A DNA stretch of 30,979 nt, taken from positions 1 to 30,979 of the IMG/VR virus record IMGVR_UViG_3300032295_000239; one strand, given 5' to 3'. A program made the translations under genes and the position numbers. The DNA is from a virus. Lineage: Duplodnaviria > Caudoviricetes. This document shows positions 1-8,461 of the stretch, piece after piece. Position 1 is the first letter of the stretch. Each line of letters starts with the position of its first letter. The notes beneath the pieces are model-generated. The model searched no databases and was not told the DNA's origin. It saw only the letters and a list, made by a program, of their open reading frames with translations.

Positions 1-3000
1 AATATCAACCAAAGCCGACTTTAATGCTTTTGAGTTATTAGTATCAAAATCAAGACTAATATACCTGCCATCAGGCATAACATTTGGCCTTGTTGTTTCC
101 ATTAACACACCAGTCTTTTTCTTATCAGTATAATCAATAGTAATAGCAAAAGCACCATTTCTCTCAACTGCTCCTTCATCAAGTGATTGATTCTCTGAAG
201 AAAGTCTTTTGTATTTATCTGGAGTATAGTTTAAATCACTTCCAAGTTGAGTATTGTAAACAGATAAACTAATGTCTGATAAATCTGAATAATGTTGAGA
301 CCATTGATTAACCCACCAATTAACAGCATCTAAATTATTTTTTGATGCGTTGGAATTAATAACATCCATGTCCATTTCAGAGACACCCAACTTATCATAA
401 ATCTTTTGATATAGTTCTCCCATTTTTTGTTCTTTGGCATCCCCATCTTCAGTTAATTTATTGATAGATTCTTGCACCATTCTAATTCTTCTCTCAAACT
501 CTGCTTTCATTTCAGCTGGCTTACCAACTAAATTTCTTTTTAAGAATGCAAGCATACCTCTTTCGTATACATTCTCAGCATCCATGAAACCTTTATTCAT
601 GACATAACGGCCAAGAGCATTTTTTGTAGAATAGAAAGGTTGCTTTACATACTGATCTAAAATATCATTATGTTGTCTGTTAGCTTTATTGACACCATTA
701 ATAAGTTTAACTAATCCCATTTTGCTCATCACATCAATTGAATTAGTAACACCATCAAACATCTTCTCCATTAACATAGGAAGAGAGAACAATTGTTCGC
801 TATATATTTTACCAACATAATTACTAAAGAATAGTCTCAAAGATTTAGCCTTTATTCCTTTATCAACTAATTGCTTACTATTTGTAGCTCCTTCATAAGA
901 ACTAACAGCCGCTTCAAGACCACTTGTAATTTGGTTGGTAATGAAGTTCTCTACACTCTCAACTATTTTAATAGCATCTCTAACTGACATCTCATTAAGA
1001 TCAATCTTCAATGCTCTTTTAATTAATTCTTTTTGTTTCTCATCAAATGTTATTTCCTCTCCAGTCATAGGATCAATACCTGTCTTAAACATTGTATCAA
1101 GTATTGATGACATGATACCAAATCTACCGTTTAAGTAGTCTTTTACATACTTCTCTTTTTCAGTAGTGTCCATTTGACTTGTTGGATCTTTCAATGCATT
1201 GATAACATCTTGCATATCTTTCAATGACATCTCGCCTTCCAAGAAATCATAAGTAGCTAATAACTCATCTTTCTTAATTTGATCTTGTCTTGCAATCTCT
1301 TCATTTGTATATTCAGAAATCTCAGCAATGTTTGCTGCTTCTTTCATAACAACATCAAGACCTTTTACTCGCGATGGCTTAACAGCATTCTTAACTTTCT
1401 CAGCCATCTCCATGTAAGCATCAATATCTTCAACAAGTGATGGGTCAATAGAAGTAAATTCTTTAGCCATACCAACAACTTCAGCCTGGTTGTCAGTCTT
1501 TAATAACTTACGAATGCTCTTCCTAATAGCAAAAGCATCATCTAATCTTTGTTGGTAGTCAGCTCTTTCAAATACTCTTTGAGCGTAATTTGTAAATCGC
1601 TCAACCATTACAGGATTGTCAAGATTAAGGTTGCTAACTCTTTTAACCAATACGGCAGCCTGACTGGATTTCATTTTACCAGTCTTAACCATACCACTAA
1701 TAGCAGCTGATAACATCTTACGCTTGGCATTCAAATCAGCCTTTGCTTCACGAGCTGCCTTCGCCTCCAACTTAATCTGAGTAATCATTGCTTTATACTC
1801 ATCGACAACAACCTTTGTTGATTTTTTCTTAGTAATCTCTTTTGCCTCCTTAGCTTTCTCGCTTACTTTTACTTTTGGTTGTTTCTCACCAGTAATTCGT
1901 TCTCTTGTTTTACGAGCTTGAAAGTCTGACATGCTATATAGCGAGTCAGTAATCTGCTTTTCCTCTATATTATTTTTCTGAGCGTAATCTTTAATGGCTT
2001 GTTCCAAAGTCATACCTGCTTGCACAGATACTTTTAAAGCCTTAATAATTAACTTCATTGCAGCAACAGGTAAGTTAACACCGAGTGTTTCTTTACCAAA
2101 CTTGTCAAGATCGTCCTCTAATTTGTCAAGGAATGATTTGACTTTTTGCAGGTTGGTTTTGTCAGTTACATCTAGGTCTTTTACTTCTTCGATTGATTGA
2201 GCTTCTTCAACACTTTCGCTAACTTGCTCGCCACGTTCTTTGGCAATACTCTCAAGATTTTCTTTGATTTTTCCATAATCACTTATTAAGGTACTTATTG
2301 TATTATTTAATATTGCTTCTTTGCTTGTATCCTCTCCAAATATATTTTCAACTCCAACACTTTCATTGTAGTTAGCTAAGAAATTTTTAAATACAGTCGG
2401 CTTCTTTGTGTCCAACAATAAAGCCATGCTCATTTCACCAATTGTGTATTGGTTCTCTTTGAACATATCGTATTGAGATAAATAGTCCTCTACAGTTATT
2501 TTTGCAGCCTTAGCTTTTTGTATTATTTGTATAGCACCAGTTATTTCTTCAGTAAGACTATCATTTCCTTTTGCAGCATTCTGCATTAAGCCTACTACAT
2601 TTTTAAGTATGACTTTTTTAATGTCGCCCATTCCAGGAACAGATAGTTCTCTAATACTATCTTCATTAAGACTAGCAGCCATTACAACACCCTCAAGAAA
2701 ACTAATACCATCTGGAGTAGCAACACCTTTATCTACATATCTAGGAATTTCAACTGTCTGTATCAAGCCTTCTTGAATTAAAATATCAATAGCTTGCTTC
2801 ATGTTTTTAGGATCAGATGTTACATCACTCGGAACTTCAACACCTTCATATAAACCAGCCAATGACCTTTTAGCTCTATCTGAAATTCTTTTACTTATAG
2901 CAACAGCCCTTTGTAAAGGACCTTGTGCTTTCTTTTCTTGCTTATTGAACATTGCCATAGTCTTTGTATCAAACGGCAAATTATCCTCAACCTCAAAAAC

Positions 3001-6000
3001 AAGTGTTGGATTTTCAATAGCATTAACATCTTCTTCAGTAAGCCCATACATATCAGCTTGATCTCGTAACGCTTGAAGATACTCTTCATCAGTTTTATTC
3101 TGAGCCGCTAATTGTCTACTCATTGTTCTATTGTTACCGTCATAAACGATACCTTCTTTAGATACAATTGGAGTTTGCGTGACAGCTCTCTCGTCAATGT
3201 TTTGAGCTATGTCAATTACTTGCGATTGAGCAGGCTTGTCAGTTTCATAATCTCTGTCATTTATCGTCTTTCCTTCTTTGTTTTGAGGGAAGGATTCATT
3301 CTTACCAAATGTATTTGGATTATGACTAGGTATTAATTCACTAGCAGGAACAATCTTAAATGTACCTCTAATTTTTGTTCCGTCAGGAGTAGTGCGAGTA
3401 ATAGTCCTACCTTTCTTTTGACTAACACCAGACTTATATTCCTGACTACCTACAGACCTACCTATTTCATCGGTTGGAAGAGTTACTTCTTCTTGGATAG
3501 CACTTATATATTCAGTACCAGTTAATACGTTGTAATCATCTTTAAGTTCTTTAAGGATTCTTTCATCAGTTGAATCCCTATCTTTTAATGATTCAATATA
3601 ATTGATTCTATCTTCAAGTTCTTTTTTTGCATTTTCAATTGGATTTTGATCAAATTCAGTTTGGTTTTCTGTAGTTAATAATCCTGACCTTGTTTTATCA
3701 ATTACTTCTTGGACTGCTTGACTTTCTTCGGCAACGCCTTGAGGTTCTGCTTGGGGTTTTCCTTCCTCCACTTCTCTGCCAACTGTGGCTTTTGGCTGTA
3801 CAGGTACTTCACCTGTTGTTTGCTTTTGAACGGCATTTTCTGATATTGTTTTTAGTTCATTATTAATCTCGTTGATGCGATTTGTTTGAGCAGCAACAAG
3901 AGCAGGGTCTTTCCCTTCTGTTTCTTTCTGTATCTTTTGTTTTTCAAGAATCAAATTAAATGAATCTCTTTGATCCCTTAAATTTAAATTGTCAGGAATA
4001 GACTGCAAAATTGAATATGATTTATTCATTGATTCAATCTGAGCCTTTGCTTCTTCCTTTGTTATATCACCACTTACTATTTTGGATTTAATATCTGATT
4101 CAATAGATGATCTAAGATTATTATCCTTTAATGAGTTTGAAAACACAGCAAAGTCATCATCGCTTTTTCTATTGCTATAACCTTCTCTAATAGCTGAAAT
4201 TGATTCAGATCCAGCGGACATAATTAAACCACCTAAAGCACCATAATAAGCATCAGTAGCAGCAGCACCAATTGCTTGATTAATTCCTTTAGCTGTTGTA
4301 ATATCAGGAACATTTTGAAAGTAATCTTTATCAGTTATAGCATTTGATATGTTCTTTATTGCTATCTCATCTAATTGTTGAGTACCTTCAACAGCACCTT
4401 CAACTAATGCACCTCCAGCTATTCTTAATCCAATATTAGCAAGCATAGCAGCAGTATTTCTTTTTAATTCATTCTGCATTAATGTAGCCGATGCATCTTT
4501 TGGTAAGTTGGAGAAAGTTCTAAAAACTATATTATTTACCAACTTATTAAATAGTGGGCTTTTTGTTGCGCCAGTTGTGAACTTAAATCCTAAATTTTCT
4601 AATGCACCTATTGTCATTGCATAAGGAACGGATATTAACTTTTTTTCAAATTGATTTAATCCATCAAACTGACTAGAGTTCATCTCGTCCTCAATAGCAT
4701 TATAAGATTGACTAAAGAATGCTACCTTTTGCAATGTAGGATTACCTCCTGCTGATATTGCAGTACCAATACTCTCAGATAAAAAAGAAGCTACTTTCTC
4801 TAAATCACCTCTATCTTTAGATTGAATATACTCATCTGTAGTTCCAAATGAAACCAAATCAGTCAATCCCTTTTCTATTTGAGGAACTATTTGTTTTCTA
4901 AGTTGTTTTGATGCGTAGTCTTTTATTTCTGACTCACTCATTCCAGATGCCTTCAATTTTTCTCTTTGAACATCTGGCATTAATGATCCCTCTGGAAGCA
5001 CATAAGGCATCACATCAGCAGCTACTCCAGCCAATGCTTTTTCCATATTAAAAGCACCCTTAATAAAACTCTTAGATATTAAACCAAGCGTATTTCCTTG
5101 CTTCTCTTTGTTTTTATAATATACAGCTGATGATACTTTTAGTTTGTCATTCAATCTACCTAAATCATCGTACTTGCTTTTTAATATATTCTTTCTTTCG
5201 TCAAGAGAGTTTATCTTATTCTTTAATTCTGCTTCTTGCTCTGGACTAGTTGGATTTTTTATAAGCTCATCATATTGAGCCAATAGTTGATCCTCATCTC
5301 TTTTAAGACTTTTTGATTCAATAACAAGTTCTCTGTATTGATTGTCAAACCACCTGTCAGTATCATATTGATTTAAAAACTCCTCACCATACTTATACGG
5401 ATTCTCAGCCATTAGATTGACAAGTTGACCGTAATCCTTTACTTCTTTCTTTAAGAAATCTTTATCTGTTTTTTTGAGTATTGACTTGCTCATAAAGTCA
5501 ACAATCTCGTTATATTTATCGTTGCTTATTCTATTTAAATCTTCAGTTTGAGCAACAGGCATACCAGTTTGTGATTGGCCATATAATGCTGAAGGAACTA
5601 ACTCAAATTCTTTTGAATTTATAGTAGTCAACCCACCATTTGTAGATGTAGATATTTTTATTTTGTTGCCTACACCAGTAGTCTCAAAAATAAATCCACT
5701 ACCCTTAAACTTTTTTCTTAATTCCTCTACAGCCTCATCTTCAGTTTTAAAAGCAATGTTTTTGTCTATCTTATTAATATTCTGATAGGCATCAAATTCC
5801 TTTCTACCGAAATCTTCCTCCATCATTGTTTCAGCTTCCTTTTCTGTAGGAGCATCAATTTCAGTAACCTTTACTTCAGGAACATATTGATCAGGTTTTA
5901 CTGATACAACTTTCTTTTTCTTTAGAGGCTTATTCTCTATTACATCAATATAATCATCAGTCTTATATTTGCTAGGTATAGCCTTTGGTTCAGTTACATT

Positions 6001-6255
6001 AGCCCATCTATTTACTGAAGATAAAGATTCCGAACGCTTTTGATTTTCCGTCTTGGATTTGTCCGATGAAATAACTCCGTTGTTTTGTGTTGATTGTGAA
6101 ACCCCTTTTTTTTTTAATGATTCAAATGAAACTTCATTTTTATATTCTGGATATTTCTCAACCATTTTTTTTGATAGAGTTAAATCATCAACATCACTAT
6201 ATTCTGGATATTTAGTTTTTATTTTTTTAGCAAATTCTGTATAATCTAATGGCAT
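1..6255 (-). CDS. Giant internal-virion/ejected 'polyvalent' protein (>2085 aa, C-terminus beyond window edge) with an internal DdrB-like ParB domain
   Basis: Hand translation from ATG at 6255 (MPLDYTEFAKKIKTKYPEYSDVDDLTLSKKMVEKYPEY...) stays open to position 1. It is the third and largest gene after the nozzle and GNAT genes, the position of T7 gp16 / P22 ejection proteins. It has Gly/Ala-rich helical segments (AGGALVEGAVEGTQQ, AYYGALGGLIMSAG). Absent from the ORF track because no stop codon lies in the window. Confidence 0.9.
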   Translation of the reverse strand, partial: MPLDYTEFAKKIKTKYPEYSDVDDLTLSKKMVEKYPEYKNEVSFESLKKKGVSQSTQNNGVISSDKSKTENQKRSESLSSVNRWANVTEPKAIPSKYKTDDYIDVIENKPLKKKKVVSVKPDQYVPEVKVTEIDAPTEKEAETMMEEDFGRKEFDAYQNINKIDKNIAFKTEDEAVEELRKKFKGSGFIFETTGVGNKIKISTSTNGGLTTINSKEFELVPSALYGQSQTGMPVAQTEDLNRISNDKYNEIVDFMSKSILKKTDKDFLKKEVKDYGQLVNLMAENPYKYGEEFLNQYDTDRWFDNQYRELVIESKSLKRDEDQLLAQYDELIKNPTSPEQEAELKNKINSLDERKNILKSKYDDLGRLNDKLKVSSAVYYKNKEKQGNTLGLISKSFIKGAFNMEKALAGVAADVMPYVLPEGSLMPDVQREKLKASGMSESEIKDYASKQLRKQIVPQIEKGLTDLVSFGTTDEYIQSKDRGDLEKVASFLSESIGTAISAGGNPTLQKVAFFSQSYNAIEDEMNSSQFDGLNQFEKKLISVPYAMTIGALENLGFKFTTGATKSPLFNKLVNNIVFRTFSNLPKDASATLMQNELKRNTAAMLANIGLRIAGGALVEGAVEGTQQLDEIAIKNISNAITDKDYFQNVPDITTAKGINQAIGAAATDAYYGALGGLIMSAGSESISAIREGYSNRKSDDDFAVFSNSLKDNNLRSSIESDIKSKIVSGDITKEEAKAQIESMNKSYSILQSIPDNLNLRDQRDSFNLILEKQKIQKETEGKDPALVAAQTNRINEINNELKTISENAVQKQTTGEVPVQPKATVGREVEEGKPQAEPQGVAEESQAVQEVIDKTRSGLLTTENQTEFDQNPIENAKKELEDRINYIESLKDRDSTDERILKELKDDYNVLTGTEYISAIQEEVTLPTDEIGRSVGSQEYKSGVSQKKGRTITRTTPDGTKIRGTFKIVPASELIPSHNPNTFGKNESFPQNKEGKTINDRDYETDKPAQSQVIDIAQNIDERAVTQTPIVSKEGIVYDGNNRTMSRQLAAQNKTDEEYLQALRDQADMYGLTEEDVNAIENPTLVFEVEDNLPFDTKTMAMFNKQEKKAQGPLQRAVAISKRISDRAKRSLAGLYEGVEVPSDVTSDPKNMKQAIDILIQEGLIQTVEIPRYVDKGVATPDGISFLEGVVMAASLNEDSIRELSVPGMGDIKKVILKNVVGLMQNAAKGNDSLTEEITGAIQIIQKAKAAKITVEDYLSQYDMFKENQYTIGEMSMALLLDTKKPTVFKNFLANYNESVGVENIFGEDTSKEAILNNTISTLISDYGKIKENLESIAKERGEQVSESVEEAQSIEEVKDLDVTDKTNLQKVKSFLDKLEDDLDKFGKETLGVNLPVAAMKLIIKALKVSVQAGMTLEQAIKDYAQKNNIEEKQITDSLYSMSDFQARKTRERITGEKQPKVKVSEKAKEAKEITKKKSTKVVVDEYKAMITQIKLEAKAAREAKADLNAKRKMLSAAISGMVKTGKMKSSQAAVLVKRVSNLNLDNPVMVERFTNYAQRVFERADYQQRLDDAFAIRKSIRKLLKTDNQAEVVGMAKEFTSIDPSLVEDIDAYMEMAEKVKNAVKPSRVKGLDVVMKEAANIAEISEYTNEEIARQDQIKKDELLATYDFLEGEMSLKDMQDVINALKDPTSQMDTTEKEKYVKDYLNGRFGIMSSILDTMFKTGIDPMTGEEITFDEKQKELIKRALKIDLNEMSVRDAIKIVESVENFITNQITSGLEAAVSSYEGATNSKQLVDKGIKAKSLRLFFSNYVGKIYSEQLFSLPMLMEKMFDGVTNSIDVMSKMGLVKLINGVNKANRQHNDILDQYVKQPFYSTKNALGRYVMNKGFMDAENVYERGMLAFLKRNLVGKPAEMKAEFERRIRMVQESINKLTEDGDAKEQKMGELYQKIYDKLGVSEMDMDVINSNASKNNLDAVNWWVNQWSQHYSDLSDISLSVYNTQLGSDLNYTPDKYKRLSSENQSLDEGAVERNGAFAITIDYTDKKKTGVLMETTRPNVMPDGRYISLDFDTNNSKALKSALVDI
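2181..2276 (-). CDS. Candidate nested +1-frame 31-aa cationic peptide MEKSKKILRVLPKNVASKLAKVLKKLNQSKK
   Basis: ATG 2276 to TAA 2181, with an A/T-rich upstream region. It is in the same frame as the nested ORF at 3702-3836 and has the same QSKK-stop end. It lies in a linker of the host ORF. Confidence 0.3.
   Translation of the reverse strand: MEKSKKILRVLPKNVASKLAKVLKKLNQSKK
2940..3410 (-). other. DdrB-like ParB-superfamily domain within the giant protein
   Basis: TTPDGTKIRGTFKIVPASELIPSHNP...NDRDY...TPIVSKEGIVYDGNNRTMSRQLA...YLQALRDQADMYGL...ENPTLVFE. The PSH, RD, P-x-V-x-x-x-G-x-V-x-x-GNxR and P-x-LV motifs match the ddrB-ParB family of polyvalent proteins as recalled. DGNNR is at 3127-3141. 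Confidence 0.75.
3702..3836 (-). CDS. Nested +1-frame 44-aa basic microprotein MPFKSKQQVKYLYSQKPQLAEKWRKENPKQNLKALPKKVKQSKK
   Basis: ATG 3836 to TAA 3702, with an A-rich leader (CTAAAAACAATATCAGAAA-ATG) and an in-frame stop five codons upstream. Local GC is about 48% by hand count in an otherwise AT-rich gene. It resembles the recurrent phage MPFKS-x-xQ-x-x-Y...A-x-x-W...LP-x-KV small-protein family. Confidence 0.65.
   Translation of the reverse strand: MPFKSKQQVKYLYSQKPQLAEKWRKENPKQNLKALPKKVKQSKK
6106..6115 (-). other. A10 slippery run (TTA AAA AAA AAA GGG), candidate -1 frameshift or transcriptional slippage site
   Basis: Codons 47-50 of the giant ORF. The -1 frame is closed by TGA just upstream, has no ATG, and stays open for 32 codons to TAG at 6008-6010. 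Confidence 0.4.
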
Positions 6256-6265
6256 AATTTTTTTT

Positions 6266-7726
6266 TTAAATTCCTAAACCTAATGGATCTCCTGATCTTG
6301 CTCTTGATGATCCTCCACTTTGTCTTAATTTATCTAAGTCATTTATCCACTCTTGATCATTTACTGGAAAATATCTATATAAATTATCAGCATATTTATT
6401 ACCCTTAAAAGGAACTGAATTTTGTTTTTCTAATACTTTTTCGCCTCTTTTATCAACTTGTTTATACACATTTAAACCATCAGATTCAAACTTAAATATA
6501 TATTCTCCTCCTGATGCTTCACTTAATTTTATTTCAGCTTCTCTAGGACTACTTCCAGATATTTGTATAGCACTATAAACCTTACTAGCTATATCTGAAA
6601 TAGGCTTTTCTTCTTTTCGGCTGCCTCCGCCTCCGCCTCCGCCTCCGCTATTTCTGTATTGAGGTTCGTCTAGTTCAACTTTCCTTTCTAATCTTGAATC
6701 AATTGAATCCAAAACTGTTTGCCTTGCATCTTCAATTTGCTTATTAGTTAAATTTGGCTGGTAAACACCTTGATCATCTTGAGACAATAAAATGAACTTA
6801 TCTCTTTGATAATTAATGAATTCATTTAAATAATCACCACTTAAAGCAGGTTTACCTAATTGTTTATTTAACTCATTTTCTTTTACTATTCTATCTTGAA
6901 TTTTAGAGTTTAAATCTTTTTCACTATAATAAAAATCATATTCCCCATCAGTATTATCTTTCAATACACTTGTTATAGCTCTAGGATTATTTAAAATACC
7001 ATTTGCTAAATCAAGTCTTGCTCTTTGAATAGCTGGATTTTGTAAAGCATCAGTAATTGTTTTGTTTCCAAGCTCAATAGTCCAATCTTCCCATCCCTTT
7101 GTTTTTTCATCTACAATTGATGATAAGTCAACTTTATTGTCAATTATATTTCCTGGTTGGGATATAGATCTTAAATCCATTACACTTGATGGATCAAATA
7201 AACCATTTTCATCTAATTGACCAATAACAAAATTGCCATTATTAGGATCAACCTGTGTTTTTTTATTTCTTAAATCACCCAATTGAGCAATTCTATTATT
7301 CAACTCTAACTCTAATCCAGAACCTAAACCTTCTTGCTGCCTTTTTAATGCCTCTTGCATTTGTTGATCGTATCCTTTTGCAGTGTTTGCAAATGTCGAC
7401 CAACTATCCATCAAGTTATTAATTCTATTTTTATATTCAAGTGGAGTAATCTGACCAGCTTTTAATTGTCGATTCCATTCCATCATTGATTGTCTACCTT
7501 CATTTGAACCAGACAATATCAATTGGTTTAATGTTTGGCTTTTACCTAGTTCAGTATTCTGAAGTATTTTAGTATTGTCTGATTGGAGTTTGTCCAAAGC
7601 AGCTTTTTCAGCTTGTCTTTCAGTACCAATACCTTGTATAGTAGTAACTAGACCTCCAGTTAGTTTAGCCCAGTCTATCGGTGTAGCTGGTATATATCCT
7701 GTATATTCGTTATATCTACTTGCCAT
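6266..7726 (-). CDS. Internal virion/ejection protein (486 aa)
   Basis: Helical, N/Q/D-rich protein with a poly-Gly linker and C-terminal DPLGLGI. It lies between the small and giant ejection genes. Confidence 0.65.
   Translation of the reverse strand: MASRYNEYTGYIPATPIDWAKLTGGLVTTIQGIGTERQAEKAALDKLQSDNTKILQNTELGKSQTLNQLILSGSNEGRQSMMEWNRQLKAGQITPLEYKNRINNLMDSWSTFANTAKGYDQQMQEALKRQQEGLGSGLELELNNRIAQLGDLRNKKTQVDPNNGNFVIGQLDENGLFDPSSVMDLRSISQPGNIIDNKVDLSSIVDEKTKGWEDWTIELGNKTITDALQNPAIQRARLDLANGILNNPRAITSVLKDNTDGEYDFYYSEKDLNSKIQDRIVKENELNKQLGKPALSGDYLNEFINYQRDKFILLSQDDQGVYQPNLTNKQIEDARQTVLDSIDSRLERKVELDEPQYRNSGGGGGGGGSRKEEKPISDIASKVYSAIQISGSSPREAEIKLSEASGGEYIFKFESDGLNVYKQVDKRGEKVLEKQNSVPFKGNKYADNLYRYFPVNDQEWINDLDKLRQSGGSSRARSGDPLGLGI
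6623..6646. repeat. (GCCTCC)x4 hexanucleotide tandem repeat encoding a poly-Gly linker
   Basis: gcctccgcctccgcctccgcctcc, which encodes SGGGGGGGGS in the 486-aa ORF. Confidence 0.9.
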
Positions 7727-7728
7727 TT

Positions 7729-8460
7729 TTAAGGAAATATTACTTGTCCAGTTAAATTACCAGTTAAGGCATTAGCTGTTGAATTGTTTATCGTGCTTCC
7801 AGTATTATATGTAATAGGTTGATTAGGAGCTGATACACCTTGAGGAAGTTGATTACTTGACATCAAATCCCAATTTACACCCCCACCTTTTCCACTTTGG
7901 TAATTATTTTTACCATACAAAGGAACTAATCCAGCAGCACTAGTAGCAGCACTTCCAAGCGAACTAAACATGCCTTCAATAGCGGAATTACGTTTTTCTT
8001 CAGCAGCTACTCTTTGCGTTTGAGCACTTTGTAATGCATTAGATCCAATCATAAATTCACGCTCTTGCTTTCTTGCTTGAATTCCTTGCTCTGCTTCAGC
8101 CTGCGCCACATCTCTTTGAAATTGAGCTTGTTGACCTTGAGCAGCTAACTGTAATGCTTGCTCATTTGTAGCTTGAAGTACATTACCAACTCCACCAATC
8201 ACACCTTCAGCACCTGCACCTTGTAATGATTGCATTGCTTGTGTTGTTGCTTGTGCTTGTGATTGTTGAGCCAAATCAAATCCAAGTGTAGGAACTTGTA
8301 CTTGCTTAAATGCATTAAACTCCTTGATGTTTTTAAGTTCACCTGCTGCTTTTTCTGCTGCCTGTGAAGCTGTTTTCATATCTTTATTGGCCTTGATTGC
8401 TTGAGCTGCACTCAAACCTAAACCACCTAAAGCTACTATTGTGCCTGTTACTGCTGCCAT
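7729..8460 (-). CDS. Small ejection/pilot-like protein (243 aa; start revised to MAAVTGTIVALGGLGLSAAQ)
   Basis: Hydrophobic Gly/Ala N-terminus, Ala/Gln-rich coiled coil and a second Gly/Ala patch, an architecture like T7 gp14 / P22 gp7. ATG 8460 directly follows the upstream stop at 8462. Confidence 0.65.
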   Translation of the reverse strand: MAAVTGTIVALGGLGLSAAQAIKANKDMKTASQAAEKAAGELKNIKEFNAFKQVQVPTLGFDLAQQSQAQATTQAMQSLQGAGAEGVIGGVGNVLQATNEQALQLAAQGQQAQFQRDVAQAEAEQGIQARKQEREFMIGSNALQSAQTQRVAAEEKRNSAIEGMFSSLGSAATSAAGLVPLYGKNNYQSGKGGGVNWDLMSSNQLPQGVSAPNQPITYNTGSTINNSTANALTGNLTGQVIFP

Positions 8461-8461
8461 G

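Noticed and set aside
935-3336. Short track ORFs 935-1138, 1994-2200, 2801-3061 and 3112-3336 (+), and 2895-3089 (-)
   Set aside because: Antisense or off-frame shadows of the giant ORF, with typical shadow composition and no recognisable motifs.
6256-6270. Second A10 run at the stop of the 486-aa gene; a +1 shift at ATT-TAA would fuse it to the giant ORF
   Set aside because: Simply explained as an A-rich Bacteroidota translation-initiation region. No other support for a fusion.
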